Below, one piece after another: positions 17,030 through 26,341 of a stretch of DNA of 64,000 nt; the first letter of the stretch is position 1; each line of letters starts with the position of its first letter. The DNA is from a virus. The notes beneath the pieces are model-generated. The model was not told where the DNA came from and searched no databases. It worked only from the letters and a program-made list of their open reading frames with translations. The stretch covers positions 32,001 to 96,000 of the IMG/VR virus record IMGVR_UViG_3300042453_005121, one strand, 5' to 3'. Position numbers and translations under genes: made by a program.

Positions 17030-18121
17030 TCACTGGTGGGTTTGACCGGTTATCTCCGACAACAGAGTCTTGAACGCCTTCTCCGCCACGGCGGGCACGA
17101 CGCCGTTGCCGAGCATCCTCAACTCGTCCTGCCTGTTGTCGAGGGAGATGTACAACTCGGCATCGTCCATCCCACGGGCAGCCCCATCAGTGCTTCCACC
17201 CAGCGGGGATTGAGCAGCCCCCCGGTGACGTTCTGGTTTCCTGATGGTTCTGGGGGGTTCCCACCAGAACTGGCTTCTTCCCGGTCCTTCTGGCCAAGCA
17301 TGTACACCAACCTTGGTAGCAGGTCCGTCCTGTCCCTGTGCGATCCGTCCGGATTCTTGGAGGACATTGACATTCCCGGGCTGTCCTTCCAGTCCCTGGA
17401 TGTGGCCGTCGGCCACATCCTTACCGAGGAACTCAGTCTTAGGTCTCCTTTTCCTCCCTTTTGATTCGGACCTCCCTTGCTTCCGTCCGTTGCCAAGGGC
17501 GTGGGCCACGTCGCGACAACGGTCTGTAGATTCGGTCCTCCATCCCTCCCCTGTTGTCCCGGTCCGGTGAAACAGTTCGTGTGGGGAGTCGGCCAGCCAT
17601 TCTTTCCTTCCGGCGAGGATAAAGACCCGTTTTCGTTGATGTGGAGCGCCAACTTCAGACGCACTGAATATTCCCCACGACACCTTGTAACCCAGTTCTT
17701 CCAAGTCGCTGACGACCGTAGAGAGTCCCAGCGAGATATGTCCTTCGACGTTCTCAAAGAAGCAGATTTTTGGTCCGCAGGCTTTGATTCCTTCTGCAAT
17801 CCATGGCCAGAGGTGACGGGGGTCGTCTTTTCCTTTTCGCTTTCCTGCGGCAGAGAATCCTTGACATGGATAACCGCCAGAGATGATATCCACCAGTCCG
17901 TGAAATTCTTTGAATGGGAAGGTCTTAAGATTTGTCCATATCGGGGCAGTGTCAATTTGCCCGTTTTCCATGCGCGACGCCAGGACCGAGCAGGCGAACT
18001 CTTCGATCTCCGAGTAAGCGACCGTTCGCAGATTTGGAATGCATCCTCGGAGTCCCAATTGTATACCGGCATATCCGGCGCAGAGCTCAATAGCTTTAAA
18101 GCATTTGGAATTATCCAGCAT
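17030..18121 (-). CDS. dcm: DNA cytosine-5 methyltransferase, alpha chain (motifs I-VIII and X)
   Basis: LCAGYAG, GGYPCQGFS, ENV, HQRKRVF, RMLGNGVVP. Confidence 0.9.
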   Translation of the reverse strand: MLDNSKCFKAIELCAGYAGIQLGLRGCIPNLRTVAYSEIEEFACSVLASRMENGQIDTAPIWTNLKTFPFKEFHGLVDIISGGYPCQGFSAAGKRKGKDDPRHLWPWIAEGIKACGPKICFFENVEGHISLGLSTVVSDLEELGYKVSWGIFSASEVGAPHQRKRVFILAGRKEWLADSPHELFHRTGTTGEGWRTESTDRCRDVAHALGNGRKQGRSESKGRKRRPKTEFLGKDVADGHIQGLEGQPGNVNVLQESGRIAQGQDGPATKVGVHAWPEGPGRSQFWWEPPRTIRKPERHRGAAQSPLGGSTDGAARGMDDAELYISLDNRQDELRMLGNGVVPAVAEKAFKTLLSEITGQTHQ

Positions 18122-18135
18122 CCGTTTTGTTCCAT
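17119..18135 (-). CDS. Overlapping-frame C5-MTase beta chain (WPTP repeats plus motif IX); start uncertain
   Basis: WPTPHT, WPTPLATD, WPTATSRDWKD, GLLNPRWVEALMGLPVGWT in a different frame from the alpha chain. Confidence 0.7.
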   Translation of the reverse strand: MEQNGCWIIPNALKLLSSAPDMPVYNWDSEDAFQICERSLTRRSKSSPARSWRRAWKTGKLTLPRYGQILRPSHSKNFTDWWISSLAVIHVKDSLPQESEKEKTTPVTSGHGLQKESKPADQKSASLRTSKDISRWDSLRSSATWKNWVTRCRGEYSVRLKLALHINENGSLSSPEGKNGWPTPHTNCFTGPGQQGRDGGPNLQTVVATWPTPLATDGSKGGPNQKGGKGDLRLSSSVRMWPTATSRDWKDSPGMSMSSKNPDGSHRDRTDLLPRLVYMLGQKDREEASSGGNPPEPSGNQNVTGGLLNPRWVEALMGLPVGWTMPSCTSPSTTGRTS

Positions 18136-18186
18136 CGTTTTTCTCAATTGATAATTTTAGATTAAATTTTTCATGTTGGCAATATC

Positions 18187-18225
18187 AAAAAAAACGGCCC
18201 CGAGTTTCCCCGGGGCCGTCCTTTT
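18187..18225 (-). terminator. Rho-independent terminator (possibly bidirectional)
   Basis: ACGGCCCCG/CGGGGCCGT stem flanked by A8 and T4. Confidence 0.8.
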
Positions 18226-18247
18226 AAAAGTCATTCAAAATTGGAAA

Positions 18248-18676
18248 TCAGGCAAAAGCCACCACTATGTACTTCTTGCCGCTAGTCACGGTTGCCACAA
18301 CGTTGGTAGTCGTATGTGTTCCTTCGGAAACAACATAGACGCCCTCCGTGGCGACGCTGGTGTCGGTCGGGTAGACCATCACGAGTCCCGGGACCACACC
18401 CAGACCGTGCGCTATGTTCTGGGCAGAGCCGCTGCCGGTCTGCTCGGCGGACTTGAACACCTTCATCTTGGAGACAGTCACCGCCTGATCGGCAATCTTG
18501 ACGTTGGTGACAGCAGCGTCATTTAGCTTTTCCGTGGTGACGGCAGAGTTCGCCACGTCGGCAGTGATGACCGTGCTCGGGTCAATATTCTCGGTTCTGA
18601 CGACGCCGTTGAAAATTCTGGGTCTGACGTTTTCTACCGACCCGTTGCCCGTTCCTTCCGTAGTTGTAGCAGCCAT
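18248..18676 (-). CDS. Probable virion fibre/decoration protein
   Basis: AVTTEKL/AVTNVKI/AVTVSKM repeats, HGLGVVP; AAAGGAGG SD. Confidence 0.65.
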   Translation of the reverse strand: MAATTTEGTGNGSVENVRPRIFNGVVRTENIDPSTVITADVANSAVTTEKLNDAAVTNVKIADQAVTVSKMKVFKSAEQTGSGSAQNIAHGLGVVPGLVMVYPTDTSVATEGVYVVSEGTHTTTNVVATVTSGKKYIVVAFA

Positions 18677-18754
18677 TTTAACCTCCTTTGTTATTTGGTC
18701 GCTATAAATATGTATGAATTGAAAAGATGATCAACTTGGGTGTTTGTTTGAAAT

Positions 18755-21598
18755 TCACACCGGCCAGTACTCCTCCACCACCGCCAGATAATCCTTGAAC
18801 GATTCTGACATAGCTTCTTCCGCTCCGGGAATTTGCGCAGCCACTGCCGCCTGCATTTCCTTGTCTATCTTCTTGATTTCCTTCTGGGCGTCTACGATCT
18901 TCTTGAGTGCCTCGGGATCGTGTTCGGCATCGTGATAATGCTTCCTGTATCTTTGTATTATCGCGGCGATCTCTCTTTTCTTCTGAACCCTGTCAAACAA
19001 ATCCCTGTCCAAGCCAGAGCCCACGATGTACTGTATGTTGACGGGATGGTTCGTGTTGATCCTGTATATCCTGCCTTCGCTCTGCTCGGCTGACTCCGGC
19101 GTCCAATCAAAGTCGTTGATGACCATGTGTTGGGCCGCGTTCGGGAAGTCTATGCCCGTTCCGCCCATCTTCATGCTCATGACCAGAACCTTGGCGTCGG
19201 GATCGTTTGTGAATCTGGACTTGACCTTTTCCCTGTCGGCCTTCTTTGTGTCGGACAGGTAAGTGAGAACGTGGAACTTCGGGTCTATCTTTTTGAGTGC
19301 CGCATCGATCTTCTCGGCCAGTTGACGGCCCGCCGCGATGAAATTGCTGAACACGACTGTCTTGCTGGCTGCGGGTGGTTTGTCCTTTCCCTCGTTGACG
19401 ATCCTTATGACCTCTGCGGTCGTCTTGTCGGTTTTTAATTGCGCCACGGCTTCCCTTGCCGCTATGAGACGGGATATGGGAAGACTCGGGTCTTTGTATC
19501 CCGATATCCTGTCGGAGAATATGCCTTGGAACTTGTCTTGATCTATGGAGGCTCCTTGATTTGAAACCGACAAGTTCGGCATGTCCCTGATGTCTTCCTT
19601 GCTTCTTCTCACGTATACGCCCGAAAGGTTGAGCCACTTGTTGAGCCTTTCTGCGGCGCGTATCTCATCCTCGTCGCTGTCGCTCTTCTGCAGCGATCCT
19701 CCGTATCCGCCTCCCACCATGCCTGCAAAGTCCCTCTTGAACTTGGCCTCGCTGACCCTTCCGAGGTGATGGCCTGTCATGGCGAGTTGATTCCTGACGT
19801 CCATGGGCTTGTTGGACGATACGGTGGCGGAGGCTCCCCACTTGGTCGGTATTTTCTCAACGACCTTGGCGATGTTCTGGCTTCTCTTGCTCTTGCTGTG
19901 CTTCACCTTGTGCAGTTCGTCGAAGATCACGATTCCGAATCCGGTGCCGGAAAGCTTGGAGACGACTTGGTCCAGGTTCTTTCCGCTGGAGAAGTTTTCG
20001 TAGTACAAGACCGTCCATTTGCCGGGATTGAGCGGGTCCGTGGAGATTTTGGATTTTTCTTCATCTCCTACGACGTTCGTTATTTCTTCCACCCACTGCT
20101 TCTGGGTGGCTTTGAGTGTGACGACGAGAACGGGCTTGCCGTCCCTCTGCATCCTGAGAGCAGCGGCGCTGACAAGTTGGATCGTCTTGCCCACGCCAGT
20201 TGCGTCACCGAGTATCGCGTGGTCGCGTCCGTAGAGGAAGGCTATGCCCTTCTTCTGCGCGTCGTACAATTCAAATTTGCTTTCAGGAAGTTTGTCCTCG
20301 ATCTTGGACGCGAATTCTTCGTCGTCGTCGTGCTTTCCTTCCCACACGGATTCCTGAAGTCTTCCGTCCTTGAGCTTAGCCCGGACTATGTCTCTCAACT
20401 CGGACACCTCGTATCCGAACCTCTTGAGCAGTCTTCCGAAATTGACGTACTGCTTGTAGTTTCCCGAAACCGTGTAGTAGAAATCCGCCCTGTTCCATTC
20501 GTAGTCCGGGAATGTGTATTGTATTGACTCCTTGATGAATTCCTTCCTTCCCTGATCCAAGGCCCTGTAGTTGACCCTTATCCTCAACTTGTCCCCGCTG
20601 TCGTCGGTGAATTTGATCACGTCGGAGGTGGATCGCGGGGTTTCGGTGGGCGTGGTCTTTTCTCTGGCGAATTTCTCAAGCGATGTCGTGTCGTATCCTT
20701 GGCGGATGAGTTCGTCGGCCACGGACCGGAAATTGGCCGAGTCGGTGTCTATGAGGAACCTTGAAGGCCCCGGCTTATAGGATATTCCCTTGGGAGAAAG
20801 ACCCTTGCTCTTCATTGCTTCAAAAGTGGCCTTGCTTCGTTCGTACGGAACGTTGAACCTGATGGCTATCTTTGTGCCGAAGTCTGTCTTCTCCTCACCT
20901 ATGATTTCTATTTCATCAGCTTTGGAGGGAGTCGCCTGCTGCGAAGCCGGGAGAGATGGTTCGGAACCAGATTCGTACTCCACATCCATGCCTTTTGATT
21001 TGATGACCTGTGCGATTTGGGGGAGTATGCCCTTGTGCACCCTGTAGGTGTGCATGCCGGTCCTGTCCTGGGAGAATTTCTTGAACCGAGGGAGTTTCAT
21101 GTTGCCATAGGCGTCCTGCGAACGTTCGGCACCCTCGGCCTCGAGAGCGGCGTCCACGATCCTGTTTATCTGGATCGTCATGGACCTGTCCACCCCGTGG
21201 GGGATGTAGACCTTCACCTTGCCGTACTCAAGCGGCTGTTTGTCGTACACAACGGCCTTGTCGCCGGACGAACCCGCACGAACGGCCTCCATGTCCTTGG
21301 CAACCAGAGAACTGATCTGCTGGTAATTGGGGACTTGGGTATTGCGGTAGTGGGACAGCATCCGGAGCATGAGGTCGGCAGCCCTTACGGGTACCGATAT
21401 GCTGTCGATGTGTCCGTTGGCGAGAAGGGATTGGTAGGAGGTCCAGTCCCCCTTGTTGAATCCGTAATCGTTGAATTCCTTGGGGACTCCCCTAGAGGCC
21501 ATGTCCCTCATCGCGGCCTGAAGGGCCTTGATGCCCGGCCCGGTGACCGTGGACTCAACCGACTCCCTTATCCCCATCCAATCAGAAAAACCCATCAT
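18755..21598 (-). CDS. SNF2-family (HARP/SMARCAL1-like) helicase/ATPase with tagged N-terminus
   Basis: LYDAQ, GDATGVGKT, DELH, SAT, GGTGIDF, QSEGRIYRI; MMGFSDWMGIRES; TAGATA-N5-ATG. Confidence 0.88.
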   Translation of the reverse strand: MMGFSDWMGIRESVESTVTGPGIKALQAAMRDMASRGVPKEFNDYGFNKGDWTSYQSLLANGHIDSISVPVRAADLMLRMLSHYRNTQVPNYQQISSLVAKDMEAVRAGSSGDKAVVYDKQPLEYGKVKVYIPHGVDRSMTIQINRIVDAALEAEGAERSQDAYGNMKLPRFKKFSQDRTGMHTYRVHKGILPQIAQVIKSKGMDVEYESGSEPSLPASQQATPSKADEIEIIGEEKTDFGTKIAIRFNVPYERSKATFEAMKSKGLSPKGISYKPGPSRFLIDTDSANFRSVADELIRQGYDTTSLEKFAREKTTPTETPRSTSDVIKFTDDSGDKLRIRVNYRALDQGRKEFIKESIQYTFPDYEWNRADFYYTVSGNYKQYVNFGRLLKRFGYEVSELRDIVRAKLKDGRLQESVWEGKHDDDEEFASKIEDKLPESKFELYDAQKKGIAFLYGRDHAILGDATGVGKTIQLVSAAALRMQRDGKPVLVVTLKATQKQWVEEITNVVGDEEKSKISTDPLNPGKWTVLYYENFSSGKNLDQVVSKLSGTGFGIVIFDELHKVKHSKSKRSQNIAKVVEKIPTKWGASATVSSNKPMDVRNQLAMTGHHLGRVSEAKFKRDFAGMVGGGYGGSLQKSDSDEDEIRAAERLNKWLNLSGVYVRRSKEDIRDMPNLSVSNQGASIDQDKFQGIFSDRISGYKDPSLPISRLIAAREAVAQLKTDKTTAEVIRIVNEGKDKPPAASKTVVFSNFIAAGRQLAEKIDAALKKIDPKFHVLTYLSDTKKADREKVKSRFTNDPDAKVLVMSMKMGGTGIDFPNAAQHMVINDFDWTPESAEQSEGRIYRINTNHPVNIQYIVGSGLDRDLFDRVQKKREIAAIIQRYRKHYHDAEHDPEALKKIVDAQKEIKKIDKEMQAAVAAQIPGAEEAMSESFKDYLAVVEEYWPV

Positions 21599-21666
21599 GT
21601 TTCTATCTAGCAAAACTGACACTCATTTGCGCGTTCTAAAACCATCACATTTTGATATATATCAAC

Positions 21667-22923
21667 ATGATGAATTTCAGAAAATGGTTGAACGAGGCCG
21701 CGATGTTGATGAGTCCCGCCGAGGCCGTGCGCGAACTTGGACTGGCACCCGAGGGAACTCTGGAGAGGGAGACGCTGAATGCAGTCTACAGGAAGATCGC
21801 TCTGGAGACGCACCCGGACAGGAATCCCGACCCCGAGGCGGCGGCAAGGTTCAAAAGGGCGGCAGAAGCCTACGAGGTGCTTCTTCCTTTCGTGGGAGGA
21901 CCCGTGCCGGGCGAGGGTTCCGTGCCTCCGGAAAGAAAATACGAATACGACCCAGAAAATGACGCCAGAAACGAATTCTACAAACAATGGGCAAGGCATT
22001 TGGCTCCAACTGGACAATACTCCATGGGAGAGTTTGACGAATGGATCAGGCAGATCGTTGAAAACCAATTCTTTCAGGTGAAGGTAAGACAGACGGTCGG
22101 CTACGTTACGTGGGGCATGAAGATCGGAAAGGACGAGCACACGATGCCCCTCGGTAGCGTCAACAGGACCTTCAGGGTGACAGGATACGCAAAAAAAGGC
22201 ACGGGCGTCCAGAAATCGCCGATGGACTCAATCAAGGAACTCTTCGCCCCATACATGTCAAGGCTTCCGGAGTTCATAGTGGACATGAAGATAAAAAACA
22301 GCGCTAATTGGCGGGAGGCGTGGATAACCATGGAACTCCCGAGCGGCAAATACCAATCGGTCAGTTTCTTCCCGGTGGAGAAGAAGGAGAAGAAGGCTCC
22401 AGGCGTGGGTATGAAGAAGGACGAAGTTTCGGAACACTTGCGATCTTCGGGCTTGACGTTCGCGGGGAGTTACACGGCCGGTGACAACTACGGCGTGTCC
22501 GAATCGCCAATGGGTTACTTCGTTCAACTCGGGCCGAAGGTCATAAGGATAATAAGGAGATACAGGGGAGACTACCACGGGAAGAAGACGATAGAGACCG
22601 TGAACGTTGCGTCCGAGCACTACGGAAACATGACAAAGGAACTTCTTGACAAGTACGTTGCGACCGTACGGAGGAGGTCGCAGCAAAACGAGGCGTTCGT
22701 TCACAGTAGCGATATGAACCCTAACTTCGCCATGGCCGTATATTCAATAATGCACAACAAGGCCTCGGCTGCAGACTGGAATCTTATTGACAGCATCCCG
22801 AAGGACAAAGCCCTAGGAATGATCAGAGGGATTCTGGAGGACAACGGCGTGGAGGGCGAAGAACTGGATCGTGAGATGGAGTGGTGGGGAAAACAAATAG
22901 CCTCAACCGGGAAGTGGAACTGA
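21667..22923 (+). CDS. J-domain (DnaJ-like) protein with tagged N-terminus
   Basis: YRKIALETHPDRNPDPEAAARFKRAAEAYEVL; MMNFRKWLNEA; TATATA-N5-ATG. Confidence 0.85.
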   Translation: MMNFRKWLNEAAMLMSPAEAVRELGLAPEGTLERETLNAVYRKIALETHPDRNPDPEAAARFKRAAEAYEVLLPFVGGPVPGEGSVPPERKYEYDPENDARNEFYKQWARHLAPTGQYSMGEFDEWIRQIVENQFFQVKVRQTVGYVTWGMKIGKDEHTMPLGSVNRTFRVTGYAKKGTGVQKSPMDSIKELFAPYMSRLPEFIVDMKIKNSANWREAWITMELPSGKYQSVSFFPVEKKEKKAPGVGMKKDEVSEHLRSSGLTFAGSYTAGDNYGVSESPMGYFVQLGPKVIRIIRRYRGDYHGKKTIETVNVASEHYGNMTKELLDKYVATVRRRSQQNEAFVHSSDMNPNFAMAVYSIMHNKASAADWNLIDSIPKDKALGMIRGILEDNGVEGEELDREMEWWGKQIASTGKWN

Positions 22924-22939
22924 TCGGTCTTTTGTGCAA

Positions 22940-23446
22940 TCAACCCACCTTCCCGGGTTGGTTGTACGTTATTTCGTACTCGCGCTTGGCGATCCTGTAG
23001 TATTTGCCGTCTTCCTCGCGAACGAGGTAATCTCCCGGCTTCAAAACCATGCTTTCTCCCCAAGGCGCCAAAAAATTAACCACGGCATTGCCCGTGTAAG
23101 CGGCGACGTTCCTCGGACTCTGCTCCGGGTGCACAGGGTCTCCCATCTGGCCAACGTACATCTTCTGGAACTTGGCGGGCTTGATCGCATATTTCTCTCT
23201 GCTCGGGCCGCTAATGATGATATCGTTCTGTTCGGCCACGTTCTGCGTCTCCTTACCGTCGCTGGTCATTGTGGTCACGGTCATTCGTTCGGGAGCGACC
23301 GCATAACTCATTGCCGGCATGTCGGTACTGTATTGGACGAAGTTGTAAACTAGTTTTTTCTTTGTGGTGGGCAGGAAATTAAGACCGGCGGCGATCTGGT
23401 TGATGTCAATCTGGTTCTCAAGCATCCATTCGTTGAATTTTTTCAT
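22940..23446 (-). CDS. PGDYG-like protein with tagged N-terminus
   Basis: MKKFNEWMLEN; APWGE..PGDYLV, YRIAKREYEITY. Confidence 0.65.
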   Translation of the reverse strand: MKKFNEWMLENQIDINQIAAGLNFLPTTKKKLVYNFVQYSTDMPAMSYAVAPERMTVTTMTSDGKETQNVAEQNDIIISGPSREKYAIKPAKFQKMYVGQMGDPVHPEQSPRNVAAYTGNAVVNFLAPWGESMVLKPGDYLVREEDGKYYRIAKREYEITYNQPGKVG

Positions 23447-25362
23447 GTTTTGATCTCCCATCGTGTCTTGCCGCAGTCCCATATGCGGGACAAACCGCGC
23501 TGGTTGGCCCACTCAAGTTCGGTCATGCCCTGCGGGCATTCGGAGTTCTTCTTGCTCTGGCTCTGCTTGCTGATTCTGCGCTTAGGATTCTTCATGTTCA
23601 CATAGTAATAATCGGGAGGCAGGTCCTCGGTCCTCTTGAAGCCGAGATTCTCGTACACCTTTCCGTCGCTGTACCTGTTATCGCTCCATGATACGACGTT
23701 TTTGATATCGTTTTCACGACACCACTCTAGGCACCTCTTGAACAGCTTGCCAGATCCTCCCACTATCTGAAGACCTTTTTTGAAGCAAAGCCTTGTGAGT
23801 ACGACCGAATACTTGTCCTTCTTCCTGTGGTGTCTGCCGAGGTCCACCACTCCCACCAATTCCTCCCCGTGGAAGAGGCCGAAGCAGACGCGGCTGAGTT
23901 TGTTTCCCCCTTGAAGGTGGTGAAGGTCGCAGAATTCACTCATTTCCTTCTTGGTGATTTCCCTAACCTCGCACTTCCTAGCTTGGATTCTTTGCGAGAA
24001 TATGCCAAGCTTGGAAAGGATGAGGCTCTTGCATACTTCTTGCTTCTGGTTCCACTCGTCGTCAAATATGGTAATGAGTTGTATTTCCTTCTCCCTGCAT
24101 TTTTTCCATTTGTCGTGATGGTAAGAACGAGTCCGTGGTTGAGGCGAGTTCTCATTGTGCCAGTAGAGGCCGCAGTATTCTAATGCTAATTTTTGATCTT
24201 GATCGTACAGATCAAGTTCTTTTCCCTCAAGAACTGAGACGTCTGGATTGAAATTAAACCCAGAGGAATTGAGCCATGATTTAATTTTACTCTGAGTCTT
24301 GCCATATTTCCATGCTGGGTATGGCGTGCCATATTTTTCTATCTTTGTTTCTATTGACTTTTTTCTTATGTCTTCGGAAGAAAAAGTATGTTCATGTCCG
24401 TATCTTTCAAGATTAGTTCGCCTTATCTTTTCTTGAATTTCAGGACTTTTAAGAGTGCATTCAACTCCATATTTCTTTAGATTGGTTATTTTTATTTTTT
24501 CTTTGGTCTCAGGTAGCGACAGATTGCATTCAACTCCGTACCTATCCACATTTGTTTTTATGGCCTTTTGTCTAACCAAAGGACTTTTTGAAGGATTTTC
24601 ATATCCATATTTTTTGAGGTTTGTTTTTTTTGTTTTTTCTTTGATGACTATAGACTTGCTTGGATGTTCAACTCCGTACCTATCAACATTTGTAGATTTA
24701 ATTTTTTCCTTTACATGTTCTGATTTGAACAAATTATCAACACCGTATTTTTGAAGAACTGTGCGATTAATTTTTTCTCTAATTTGCTTAGAAGATGCCG
24801 CTTGTTCTGATCCATATTTGTCAAGATTTGTTCTTTTTATTCTTTGCTTGACTTCTTGAGATGATAGAAAATCTTCTACACCATACCTTTCAATATTTGT
24901 ATTTCTTACTTTTTTCTTGAACTTATCAAGTTGTATTGGGAATGAAGACCCATGTCTTTTAAGGCTCGTGTCTTGAGCCTTTTTGAGTATCAATTTGTTT
25001 TGGAGTGCATGTTCTACTCCATGATTCTTAATGCACGTGGCTCTGCTTTTGGCTCTTATTTCAGAATTTTGTTGAGCGTATTCAACGCCATATTTTTCAA
25101 GGTTTGAATTCTTAATTTTTTTCTTAACATCTTCTCTTTGAAATGGATTTTCAACTCCATATTTAAGCAAATTTATTTCTGCAAGTTTTTTCTTGGAACA
25201 AACATCTTTAGAGCAAGAATCTTTTTGTATTGTTTTTCTACTTTTCTGTATTTTGCTTTTGAGTTTTTGAACTTCTTGTCCACAATAATCGCATTTCACG
25301 GGAACGCGGGCTTTCCACTTTATCTTTTCGTACGGTACATCCAATTTTTCGTGCAGTATCAT
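23443..25362 (-). CDS. Putative homing endonuclease: KYGVE-repeat region plus PD-(D/E)xK nuclease and GNAT-like C-terminus
   Basis: About 13 TNLxKYGVExP repeats, ELDLY..ALEYCGLYWH, LITIFDDEW, SWSDNRYS; AT-rich N-terminal half. Confidence 0.75.
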   Translation of the reverse strand: MILHEKLDVPYEKIKWKARVPVKCDYCGQEVQKLKSKIQKSRKTIQKDSCSKDVCSKKKLAEINLLKYGVENPFQREDVKKKIKNSNLEKYGVEYAQQNSEIRAKSRATCIKNHGVEHALQNKLILKKAQDTSLKRHGSSFPIQLDKFKKKVRNTNIERYGVEDFLSSQEVKQRIKRTNLDKYGSEQAASSKQIREKINRTVLQKYGVDNLFKSEHVKEKIKSTNVDRYGVEHPSKSIVIKEKTKKTNLKKYGYENPSKSPLVRQKAIKTNVDRYGVECNLSLPETKEKIKITNLKKYGVECTLKSPEIQEKIRRTNLERYGHEHTFSSEDIRKKSIETKIEKYGTPYPAWKYGKTQSKIKSWLNSSGFNFNPDVSVLEGKELDLYDQDQKLALEYCGLYWHNENSPQPRTRSYHHDKWKKCREKEIQLITIFDDEWNQKQEVCKSLILSKLGIFSQRIQARKCEVREITKKEMSEFCDLHHLQGGNKLSRVCFGLFHGEELVGVVDLGRHHRKKDKYSVVLTRLCFKKGLQIVGGSGKLFKRCLEWCRENDIKNVVSWSDNRYSDGKVYENLGFKRTEDLPPDYYYVNMKNPKRRISKQSQSKKNSECPQGMTELEWANQRGLSRIWDCGKTRWEIKT

Positions 25363-25389
25363 GAGACAATTATACCAAATACAAAGTTT

Positions 25390-26283
25390 TCAATCAAGAC
25401 TGATGTAGGGTAGATCACCAAACTTGTAAATCAAGTCCTCAAACCATTTTTGCCTGTCTTCTCTGGCCTCTTGAAGAAGCGTTGATCCGTCAAGAGCCAC
25501 AGAGCCACCAGCTCCTGGCACGCTCTGGTATTTGCTTCTTATTCTGCCCAAAATTTCTTTCGCATACGTAAGCGAACCCTCTTGAATTGCTTGGGTAACT
25601 TCACCCCAGTCCTTATTTCTCTGCAAATAATGAACCATGACTTTTTGTATCCTGTAGGGAACGGGATAGAGTTTGATTGAATTAAGTCCGCCTAGGAACT
25701 CCCAACCGCCCAAAGCCGAACTCATTCTACTGTACATTTGTTCATACTGCTTGTAAAGGGTCCATTCTCCTGCGCGGCCCCATATCGGCTGAATCGGATC
25801 TATTAATCCACCTTGAATTGAATTATAGGAACCACCTGGGTAAAAATATTCTATGGGGATGCTACCTCCAAGATCGCTAGCCTGGAATGCGTAACTTCCT
25901 ACTTCTTTGTAGAACACATTTCTTATTATTCCAACTTCATCCGGCATCTGATACACGCTCTTTCCGGGGACCGAGTCAAACACGTAGTACTGGAAGTATT
26001 CCCTGCCAGCATAGTCCTCAAATATCTTCATTGCCTGGTCTACGGCGAAGTCCAGGTTCTGGGCATCCAGTTCCAATTTGACCACTGGGGCTCCGAGCAT
26101 GTGGAGGCAGTAGTCCTTTATTTGTTCCCTTACCTTTTCTCTTTGCCTTCTGGGACCCAGTTTGCTTTTATTGAGGGGGTCTGCGTGTCCAAGTTCGCTG
26201 CATGTGCTGTTGCACTGCACGCTCGCCATGTTGGTCATGCTTGGTCTGTTGACCGCCAAGGTATTGTTTCCGTTACAACTCAT
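25390..26283 (-). CDS. Neck protein (T4 gp13-like)
   Basis: IKDYCLHMLGAPVVKLELD..D.A...F.DY; LGRIRSKY..PG.GG.V.LDG. Confidence 0.85.
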   Translation of the reverse strand: MSCNGNNTLAVNRPSMTNMASVQCNSTCSELGHADPLNKSKLGPRRQREKVREQIKDYCLHMLGAPVVKLELDAQNLDFAVDQAMKIFEDYAGREYFQYYVFDSVPGKSVYQMPDEVGIIRNVFYKEVGSYAFQASDLGGSIPIEYFYPGGSYNSIQGGLIDPIQPIWGRAGEWTLYKQYEQMYSRMSSALGGWEFLGGLNSIKLYPVPYRIQKVMVHYLQRNKDWGEVTQAIQEGSLTYAKEILGRIRSKYQSVPGAGGSVALDGSTLLQEAREDRQKWFEDLIYKFGDLPYISLD

Positions 26284-26341
26284 TTGTATTCCTCCTTGTG
26301 TATATATGGCGAGTGCGATAGCTAATCAAAAAGGACCAAAA

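Noticed and set aside
17030-18147. Frameshifted Dcm pseudogene or assembly error
   Set aside because: Both frames are open throughout, and motif X returns in the first frame; two compensating errors plus a stop-free second frame are less parsimonious than a two-chain enzyme.
18703-18710. Perfect T4 late promoter TATAAATA on the plus strand
   Set aside because: No plus-strand gene follows; the overlapping minus-strand TACATA more plausibly serves the gene at 18676, so it was not called as a feature.
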